From Marsupella aquatica (Eukaryota > Plantae > Marchantiophyta), in NCBI GenBank assembly GCA_973895155.1, contig OZ316897.1, positions 23,634,826-23,646,928 of the forward strand: DNA of 12,103 bases. Direction: 5' to 3'. Shown piece after piece: positions 1-7,457 of the stretch (its first letter is position 1; each line of letters begins with the position of its first letter). The notes under the pieces are model-generated. The model ran no database searches. It was given only the letters and a program-made list of their open reading frames with translations, and was not told the origin of the DNA. The translations under genes and the position numbers were made by a program.

Positions 1-10
1 TCACATGTGG

Positions 11-37
11 CATACCAGTTTTTTAAGTACTGGTATG
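11..37. other. 9-bp perfect inverted repeat (potential hairpin), one per unit
   Basis: CATACCAGT (11-19) / ACTGGTATG (29-37) with a 9-nt loop TTTTTAAGT, preceded by the palindrome CACATGTG (2-9). Confidence 0.85.
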
Positions 38-90
38 ATTATTGAATATTGGGGGTGAGTTTGACCCCCAGTTTGTTGTGTGCGCATTTT

Positions 91-168
91 GGAGGGGCTA
101 GGGGTGGGGGTACCCCGCAATTTTCGGGGTGCGTGTACCAGGGGGCGAGTGCCACCCTACTGTAGCTT
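91..168 (+). repeat. Degenerate edge copy of the 121-bp monomer (3' portion)
   Basis: CCCCGCAATTTTCGGGGTGCGTGTACCAGGGGGCGAGTGCCACCCTACTGTAGC aligns with monomer GCCCCCAGTTTTGGGGGTGCGTGCACATGGGGGCGTGTGCAACCCTACTGTAGC, in phase with the array. Confidence 0.88.
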
Positions 169-743
169 TTGGGGGTGTAACGAGCTGGGGGTGAGGGTGG
201 GGGAGGGGTTCCATGGGGGTTGAGGGTGAGGGTGGCCCCCAGTTTTGGGGGTGCGTGCACATGGGGGCCTGTGCAACCCTAATTGAGCATTGGGGGTGTA
301 ACGAGCTGGGGGTGAGGGTGGGGGAGGGGTTCCATGGGGGTTGAGGGTGAGGGTGGCCCCCAGTTTTGGGGGTGCGTGCACATGGGGGCGTGTGCAACCC
401 TACTGTAGCATTGGGGGTGTAACGAGCAGGGGGTGAGGGAGGGGGAGGGGTTCCATGGGGGTTGAGGGTGAGGGTGGCCCCCAGTTTTGGGGGTGCGTGC
501 ACATGGGGGCGTGTGCAACCCTAATTGAGCATTGGGGGTGTAACGAGCTGGGGGTGAGGGAGGGGGAGGGGTTCCATGGGGGTTGAGGGTGAGGGTGGCC
601 CCCAATTTTGGGGGTGCGTGCACATGGGGGCGTGTGCAACCCTAATGTAGCATTGGGGGTGTAACGAGCTGGGGGTGAGGGTGGGGGAGGGGTTCCATGG
701 GGGTTGAGGGTGAGGGTGGCCCCCAGTTTTGGGGGTGCGTGCA
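169..743 (+). repeat. 121-bp G-rich monomer sub-array (4 full + one 91-bp truncated copy)
   Basis: Monomers start at 169, 290, 411, 532, 653. Consensus TTGGGGGTGTAACGAGCTGGGGGTGAGGGTGGGGGAGGGGTTCCATGGGGGTTGAGGGTGAGGGTGGCCCCCAGTTTTGGGGGTGCGTGCACATGGGGGCGTGTGCAACCCTAATTGAGCA. Confidence 0.98.
187..208 (+). other. Predicted G-quadruplex motif (one or more per monomer)
   Basis: GGGGG-TGA-GGG-T-GGGGG-A-GGGG fits G3+N1-7 x4 with loops of 3, 1 and 1 nt. Each monomer has 10 runs of >=3 G. Confidence 0.8.
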
Positions 744-764
744 TTGGGGGTGAGGATGGTCAAG

Positions 765-858
765 ATTGGGGGTGAATCACCCCCAATGTATGCATACTAG
801 GAGTGAGTCCACGCTCCTATCGCGACGAGGTGATCACAACTAGGGGTACGAGTAGTTG
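765..858. other. Chain of abutting palindromes / inverted repeats (one per unit)
   Basis: ATTGGGGGTGA-A-TCACCCCCAAT (765-787), GTATGCATAC (788-797), TAGGAG-N10-CTCCTA (798-819), TCGCGA (820-825), GTGATCAC (830-837), CAACTA-N10-TAGTTG (837-858). Copies start at 1815 (altered), 2866, 4889, 5944, 6999, 8054, 9109, 10164, 11219. Confidence 0.9.
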
Positions 859-996
859 GCTTTTTATGTAATTTTGACTTTTTTAAAGTATTGGTAAAAC
901 GTTTCATTTTGGTGGATTTGCGCAAATAGCACGTTTTGGAACGTTACGTGCTCGCCTAGCACGTTTTTTTGACAAGTATAGCAAAAAGAAAAAAAA

Positions 997-1040
997 GGGT
1001 TAGCGTTTAGGGTTTAGGGTTTATGGTTTAGGGTTTACAG
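997..1040 (+). repeat. Degenerate interstitial telomere-type tract (TTTAGGG)n
   Basis: GGG TTAGCG TTTAGGG TTTAGGG TTTATGG TTTAGGG TTTACAG: three perfect heptamers plus three variants, directly after the A-tract at 983-996. Confidence 0.9.
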
Positions 1041-1221
1041 TGTCATCCCCAGTTTTCACATGTGGCATACCAGTTTTTTAAGTACTGGTATGATTATTGA
1101 ATATTGGGGGTGAGTTTGACCCCGAGTTTGTTGTGTGCGCATTTTGAGGGGCTAGGGGTGGGGGTACCCCGCAATTTCGGGGTGCGTGTACCAGGGGGCG
1201 AGTGCCACCCTACTGTAGCTT

Positions 1222-1793
1222 TTGGGGTGTAACGAGCTGGGGGTGAGGGTGGGGGAGGGGTTCCATGGGGGTTGAGGGTGAGGGTGGCCCCCAGTTTTGG
1301 GGGTGCGTGCACATGGGGGCGTGTGCAACCCTAATTGAGCATTGGGGTGTAACGAGCTGGGGGTGAGGGTGGGGGAGGGGTTCCATGGGGGTTGAGGGTG
1401 AGGATGGCCCCCAGTTTGGGGGTGCGTGCACATGGGGGCGTGTGCACCCTACTGTAGCATTGGGGTGTAACGAGCTGGGGGTGAGGGTGGGGGGAGGGGT
1501 TCCATGGGGGTTGAGGGTGAGGGTGGCCCCCAGTTTTGGGGGTGCGTGCACATGGGGGCGTGTGCAACCCTAATTGAGCATTGGGGGTGTAACGAGCTGG
1601 GGGTGAGGGTGGGGGAGGGGTTCCATGGGGGTTGAGGGTGAGGATGGCCCCCAGTTTTGGGGGTGCGTGCACATGGGGGCCTGTGCAACCCTAATGTAGC
1701 ATTGGGGGTGTAACGAGCTGGGGGTGAGGGTGGGGGAGGGGTTCCATGGGGGTTGAGGGTGGAGGGTGGCCCCCAGTTTTGGGGGTGCGTGCA
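1222..1793 (+). repeat. 121-bp monomer sub-array (unit 2, with indels)
   Basis: Same consensus with single-base indels. Confidence 0.95.
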
Positions 1794-2042
1794 TTGGGGG
1801 TGAGGATGGTCAAGATTGGGGGTGAATCACCCCCATTGCATACTAGGAGTGAGTCCACGCTCCTATCGCGACGAGGTGATCACAACTAGGGGTACGAGTA
1901 GTTGGCTTTTTATGTAATTTTGACTTTTTTAAAGTATTGGTAAAACGTTTCATTTTGGTGGATTTGCGCAAATAGCACGTTTTGGAACGTTACGTGCTCG
2001 CCTAGCACGTTTTTTTGACAAGTATAGCAAAAAGAAAAAAAA

Positions 2043-2086
2043 GGGTTAGCGTTTAGGGTTTAGGGTTTATGGTTTAGGGTTTACAG
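2043..2086 (+). repeat. Degenerate (TTTAGGG)n tract
   Basis: Copy of 997-1040. Confidence 0.9.
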
Positions 2087-2269
2087 TGTCATCCCCAGTT
2101 TTCACATGTGGCATACCAGTTTTTTAAGTACTGGTATGATTATTGAATATTGGGGGTGAGTTTGACCCCCAGTTTGTTGTGTGCGCATTTTGGAGGGGCT
2201 AGGGGTGGGGGTACCCCGCAATTTTCGGGGTGCGTGTACCAGGGGGCGAGTGCCACCCTACTGTAGCTT

Positions 2270-2844
2270 TTGGGGGTGTAACGAGCTGGGGGTGAGGGTG
2301 GGGGAGGGGTTCCATGGGGGTTGAGGGTGAGGGTGGCCCCCAGTTTTGGGGGTGCGTGCACATGGGGGCCTGTGCAACCCTAATTGAGCATTGGGGGTGT
2401 AACGAGCTGGGGGTGAGGGTGGGGGAGGGGTTCCATGGGGGTTGAGGGTGAGGGTGGCCCCCAGTTTTGGGGGTGCGTGCACATGGGGGCGTGTGCAACC
2501 CTACTGTAGCATTGGGGGTGTAACGAGCAGGGGGTGAGGGAGGGGGAGGGGTTCCATGGGGGTTGAGGGTGAGGGTGGCCCCCAGTTTTGGGGGTGCGTG
2601 CACATGGGGGCGTGTGCAACCCTAATTGAGCATTGGGGGTGTAACGAGCTGGGGGTGAGGGAGGGGGAGGGGTTCCATGGGGGTTGAGGGTGAGGGTGGC
2701 CCCCAATTTTGGGGGTGCGTGCACATGGGGGCGTGTGCAACCCTAATGTAGCATTGGGGGTGTAACGAGCTGGGGGTGAGGGTGGGGGAGGGGTTCCATG
2801 GGGGTTGAGGGTGAGGGTGGCCCCCAGTTTTGGGGGTGCGTGCA
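2270..2844 (+). repeat. 121-bp monomer sub-array (unit 3)
   Basis: 4 full copies + truncated copy. Confidence 0.97.
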
Positions 2845-3097
2845 TTGGGGGTGAGGATGGTCAAGATTGGGGGTGAATCACCCCCAATGTATGCATACTA
2901 GGAGTGAGTCCACGCTCCTATCGCGACGAGGTGATCACAACTAGGGGTACGAGTAGTTGGCTTTTTATGTAATTTTGACTTTTTTAAAGTATTGGTAAAA
3001 CGTTTCATTTTGGTGGATTTGCGCAAATAGCACGTTTTGGAACGTTACGTGCTCGCCTAGCACGTTTTTTTGACAAGTATAGCAAAAAGAAAAAAAA

Positions 3098-3141
3098 GGG
3101 TTAGCGTTTAGGGTTTAGGGTTTATGGTTTAGGGTTTACAG
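3098..3141 (+). repeat. Degenerate (TTTAGGG)n tract
   Basis: Copy of 997-1040. Confidence 0.9.
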
Positions 3142-3324
3142 TGTCATCCCCAGTTTTCACATGTGGCATACCAGTTTTTTAAGTACTGGTATGATTATTG
3201 AATATTGGGGGTGAGTTTGACCCCGAGTTTGTTGTGTGCGCATTTTGGAGGGGCTAGGGGTGGGGGTACCCCGCAATTTTCGGGGTGCGTGTACCAGGGG
3301 GCGAGTGCCACCCTACTGTAGCTT

Positions 3325-4867
3325 TTGGGGGTGTAACGAGCTGGGGGTGAGGGTGGGGGAGGGGTTCCATGGGGGTTGAGGGTGAGGGTGGCCCCCAGTT
3401 TTGGGGGTGCGTGCACATGGGGGCGTGTGCAACCCTAATTGAGCATTGGGGGTGTAACGAGCTGGGGGTGAGGGTGGGGGAGGGGTTCCATGGGGGTTGA
3501 GGGTGAGGATGGCCCCCAGTTTTGGGGGTGCGTGCACATGGGGGCGTGTGCAACCCTACTGTAGCATTGGGGGTGTAACGAGCTGGGGGTGAGGGTGGGG
3601 GAGGGGTTCCATGGGGGTTGAGGGTGAGGGTGGCCCCCAGTTTTGGGGGTGCGTGCACATGGGGGCGTGTGCAACCCTAATTGAGCATTGGGGGTGTAAC
3701 GAGCTGGGGGTGAGGGTGGGGGAGGGGTTCCATGGGGGTTGAGGGTGAGGATGGCCCCCAGTTTTGGGGGTGCGTGCACATGGGGGCGTGTGCAACCCTA
3801 ATTGAGCATTGGGGGTGTAACGAGCTGGGGGTGAGGGTGGGGGAGGGGTTCCATGGGGGTTGAGGGTGAGGGTGGCCCCCAGTTTTGGGGGTGCGTGCAC
3901 ATGGGGGCGTGTGCAACCCTAATTGAGCATTGGGGGTGTAACGAGCTGGGGGTGAGGGAGGGGGAGGGGTTCCATGGGGGTTGAGGGTGAGGGTGGCCCC
4001 CAGTTTTGGGGGTGCGTGCACATGGGGGCGTGTGCAACCCTACTGTAGCATTGGGGGTGTAACGAGCAGGGGGTGAGGGAGGGGGAGGGGTTCCATGGGG
4101 GTTGAGGGTGAGGGTGGCCCCCAGTTTTGGGGGTGCGTGCACATGGGGGCGTGTGCAACCCTAATTGAGCATTGGGGGTGTAACGAGCTGGGGGTGAGGG
4201 AGGGGGAGGGGTTCCATGGGGGTTGAGGGTGAGGGTGGCCCCCAATTTTGGGGGTGCGTGCACATGGGGGCGTGTGCAACCCTACTGTAGCATTGGGGGT
4301 GTAACGAGCTGGGGGTGAGGGTGGGGGAGGGGTTCCATGGGGGTTGAGGGTGAGGGTGGCCCCCAGTTTTGGGGGTGCGTGCACATGGGGGCGTGTGCAA
4401 CCCTAATTGAGCATTGGGGGTGTAACGAGCTGGGGGTGAGGGTGGGGGAGGGGTTCCATGGGGGTTGAGGGTGAGGATGGCCCCCAGTTTTGGGGGTGCG
4501 TGCACATGGGGGCGTGTGCAACCCTAATTGAGCATTGGGGGTGTAACGAGCTGGGGGTGAGGGTGGGGGAGGGGTTCCATGGGGGTTGAGGGTGAGGGTG
4601 GCCCCCAGTTTTGGGGGTGCGTGCACATGGGGGCGTGTGCAACCCTAATTGAGCATTGGGGGTGTAACGAGCTGGGGGTGAGGGTGGGGGAGGGGTTCCA
4701 TGGGGGTTGAGGGTGAGGATGGCCCCCAGTTTTGGGGGTGCGTGCACATGGGGGCCTGTGCAACCCTAATGTAGCATTGGGGGTGTAACGAGCTGGGGGT
4801 GAGGGTGGGGGAGGGGTTCCATGGGGGTTGAGGGTGAGGGTGGCCCCCAGTTTTGGGGGTGCGTGCA
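3325..4867 (+). repeat. 121-bp monomer sub-array (unit 4; 12 full + truncated copy)
   Basis: Monomer starts every 121 bp from 3325 to 4777. Confidence 0.97.
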
Positions 4868-5120
4868 TTGGGGGTGAGGATGGTCAAGATTGGGGGTGAA
4901 TCACCCCCAATGTATGCATACTAGGAGTGAGTCCACGCTCCTATCGCGACGAGGTGATCACAACTAGGGGTACGAGTAGTTGGCTTTTTATGTAATTTTG
5001 ACTTTTTTAAAGTATTGGTAAAACGTTTCATTTTGGTGGATTTGCGCAAATAGCACGTTTTGGAACGTTACGTGCTCGCCTAGCACGTTTTTTTGACAAG
5101 TATAGCAAAAAGAAAAAAAA

Positions 5121-5164
5121 GGGTTAGCGTTTAGGGTTTAGGGTTTATGGTTTAGGGTTTACAG
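5121..5164 (+). repeat. Degenerate (TTTAGGG)n tract
   Basis: Copy of 997-1040. Confidence 0.9.
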
Positions 5165-5347
5165 TGTCATCCCCAGTTTTCACATGTGGCATACCAGTTT
5201 TTTAAGTACTGGTATGATTATTGAATATTGGGGGTGAGTTTGACCCCCAGTTTGTTGTGTGCGCATTTTGGAGGGGCTAGGGGTGGGGGTACCCCGCAAT
5301 TTTCGGGGTGCGTGTACCAGGGGGCGAGTGCCACCCTACTGTAGCTT

Positions 5348-5922
5348 TTGGGGGTGTAACGAGCTGGGGGTGAGGGTGGGGGAGGGGTTCCATGGGGGTT
5401 GAGGGTGAGGGTGGCCCCCAGTTTTGGGGGTGCGTGCACATGGGGGCCTGTGCAACCCTAATTGAGCATTGGGGGTGTAACGAGCTGGGGGTGAGGGTGG
5501 GGGAGGGGTTCCATGGGGGTTGAGGGTGAGGGTGGCCCCCAGTTTTGGGGGTGCGTGCACATGGGGGCGTGTGCAACCCTACTGTAGCATTGGGGGTGTA
5601 ACGAGCAGGGGGTGAGGGAGGGGGAGGGGTTCCATGGGGGTTGAGGGTGAGGGTGGCCCCCAGTTTTGGGGGTGCGTGCACATGGGGGCGTGTGCAACCC
5701 TAATTGAGCATTGGGGGTGTAACGAGCTGGGGGTGAGGGAGGGGGAGGGGTTCCATGGGGGTTGAGGGTGAGGGTGGCCCCCAATTTTGGGGGTGCGTGC
5801 ACATGGGGGCGTGTGCAACCCTAATGTAGCATTGGGGGTGTAACGAGCTGGGGGTGAGGGTGGGGGAGGGGTTCCATGGGGGTTGAGGGTGAGGGTGGCC
5901 CCCAGTTTTGGGGGTGCGTGCA
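5348..5922 (+). repeat. 121-bp monomer sub-array (unit 5)
   Basis: 4 full copies + truncated copy. Confidence 0.97.
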
Positions 5923-6175
5923 TTGGGGGTGAGGATGGTCAAGATTGGGGGTGAATCACCCCCAATGTATGCATACTAGGAGTGAGTCCACGCTCCTATC
6001 GCGACGAGGTGATCACAACTAGGGGTACGAGTAGTTGGCTTTTTATGTAATTTTGACTTTTTTAAAGTATTGGTAAAACGTTTCATTTTGGTGGATTTGC
6101 GCAAATAGCACGTTTTGGAACGTTACGTGCTCGCCTAGCACGTTTTTTTGACAAGTATAGCAAAAAGAAAAAAAA

Positions 6176-6219
6176 GGGTTAGCGTTTAGGGTTTAGGGTT
6201 TATGGTTTAGGGTTTACAG
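6176..6219 (+). repeat. Degenerate (TTTAGGG)n tract
   Basis: Copy of 997-1040. Confidence 0.9.
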
Positions 6220-6402
6220 TGTCATCCCCAGTTTTCACATGTGGCATACCAGTTTTTTAAGTACTGGTATGATTATTGAATATTGGGGGTGAGTTTGACC
6301 CCGAGTTTGTTGTGTGCGCATTTTGGAGGGGCTAGGGGTGGGGGTACCCCGCAATTTTCGGGGTGCGTGTACCAGGGGGCGAGTGCCACCCTACTGTAGC
6401 TT

Positions 6403-6977
6403 TTGGGGGTGTAACGAGCTGGGGGTGAGGGTGGGGGAGGGGTTCCATGGGGGTTGAGGGTGAGGGTGGCCCCCAGTTTTGGGGGTGCGTGCACATGGGG
6501 GCGTGTGCAACCCTAATTGAGCATTGGGGGTGTAACGAGCTGGGGGTGAGGGTGGGGGAGGGGTTCCATGGGGGTTGAGGGTGAGGATGGCCCCCAGTTT
6601 TGGGGGTGCGTGCACATGGGGGCGTGTGCAACCCTACTGTAGCATTGGGGGTGTAACGAGCTGGGGGTGAGGGTGGGGGAGGGGTTCCATGGGGGTTGAG
6701 GGTGAGGGTGGCCCCCAGTTTTGGGGGTGCGTGCACATGGGGGCGTGTGCAACCCTAATTGAGCATTGGGGGTGTAACGAGCTGGGGGTGAGGGTGGGGG
6801 AGGGGTTCCATGGGGGTTGAGGGTGAGGATGGCCCCCAGTTTTGGGGGTGCGTGCACATGGGGGCCTGTGCAACCCTAATGTAGCATTGGGGGTGTAACG
6901 AGCTGGGGGTGAGGGTGGGGGAGGGGTTCCATGGGGGTTGAGGGTGAGGGTGGCCCCCAGTTTTGGGGGTGCGTGCA
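6403..6977 (+). repeat. 121-bp monomer sub-array (unit 6)
   Basis: 4 full copies + truncated copy. Confidence 0.97.
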
Positions 6978-7230
6978 TTGGGGGTGAGGATGGTCAAGAT
7001 TGGGGGTGAATCACCCCCAATGTATGCATACTAGGAGTGAGTCCACGCTCCTATCGCGACGAGGTGATCACAACTAGGGGTACGAGTAGTTGGCTTTTTA
7101 TGTAATTTTGACTTTTTTAAAGTATTGGTAAAACGTTTCATTTTGGTGGATTTGCGCAAATAGCACGTTTTGGAACGTTACGTGCTCGCCTAGCACGTTT
7201 TTTTGACAAGTATAGCAAAAAGAAAAAAAA

Positions 7231-7274
7231 GGGTTAGCGTTTAGGGTTTAGGGTTTATGGTTTAGGGTTTACAG
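7231..7274 (+). repeat. Degenerate (TTTAGGG)n tract
   Basis: Copy of 997-1040. Confidence 0.9.
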
Positions 7275-7457
7275 TGTCATCCCCAGTTTTCACATGTGGC
7301 ATACCAGTTTTTTAAGTACTGGTATGATTATTGAATATTGGGGGTGAGTTTGACCCCCAGTTTGTTGTGTGCGCATTTTGGAGGGGCTAGGGGTGGGGGT
7401 ACCCCGCAATTTTCGGGGTGCGTGTACCAGGGGGCGAGTGCCACCCTACTGTAGCTT

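Larger units (their letters stand above)
1..1055 (+). repeat. Unit 1, type A (1,055 bp)
   Basis: A-diagnostic bases: C69, C269, G353, A428, A440, A561, G595, A605, G632. Confidence 0.97.
1056..2101 (+). repeat. Unit 2, type B with indels (1,046 bp)
   Basis: B variants (GACCCCGAG; GAGGATGG in monomers 2 and 4; GGCCTGTG in monomer 4). Net -9 bp from small indels. Confidence 0.95.
2102..3156 (+). repeat. Unit 3, type A (1,055 bp)
   Basis: Same diagnostic bases and same ORF translations as unit 1, offset 2101. Confidence 0.97.
3157..5179 (+). repeat. Unit 4, expanded B-type mosaic (2,023 bp = 1,055 + 8 x 121)
   Basis: B-type at both ends. It has 12 full monomers plus the truncated one, and central monomers carry A-type variants. 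Confidence 0.96.
5180..6234 (+). repeat. Unit 5, type A
   Basis: GACCCCCAG, GAGCAG and CCAATTTT variants; 1,055 bp. Confidence 0.97.
6235..7289 (+). repeat. Unit 6, type B
   Basis: GACCCCGAG and GAGGATGG variants; 1,055 bp. Confidence 0.97.

Noticed and set aside
11-289. 5S rRNA gene array (121-bp length; CATACCAG resembles the 5S 5' region)
   Set aside because: Only an 8-nt match, lying outside the monomer. A monomer with about 50% G and 15% C cannot form the 5S fold and lacks the internal control region.
262-301. Kinetoplast minicircle conserved blocks (GGGCGT; TTGGGGGTGTAA versus GGGGTTGGTGTA) in a ~1-kb unit
   Set aside because: There is no exact CSB-3 12-mer, no CSB-2, and the spacing is wrong. 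The similarity is explained by G/T richness.
169-743. CRISPR-like array
   Set aside because: There are no unique spacers; monomers are contiguous near-identical 121-mers, and no cas genes are present.
837-865. Rho-independent terminator (stem followed by T5)
   Set aside because: The 6-bp stem is weak and AT-rich with a 10-nt loop, there is no upstream gene, and the context looks eukaryotic.
870-877. Sm-site-like AATTTTGA suggesting an snRNA or spliced-leader RNA array
   Set aside because: It is a short motif expected by chance in T-rich DNA, and I recognise no known spliced-leader or snRNA sequence. An Rfam cmscan would settle it.
983-1040. Herpesvirus terminal repeat (pac A/T-tract beside telomeric repeats)
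   Set aside because: Marek's disease virus and HHV-6 use TTAGGG hexamers rather than TTTAGGG, and no viral genes or clear pac motifs are present. It cannot be wholly excluded without flanking sequence.
997-1040. True chromosome end
   Set aside because: The tract is only 44 bp, degenerate, identical in each unit and internal to the array.
1385-1573. Plus-strand 62-aa ORF
   Set aside because: It exists only in the indel-laden unit 2 and is absent from the other B units.
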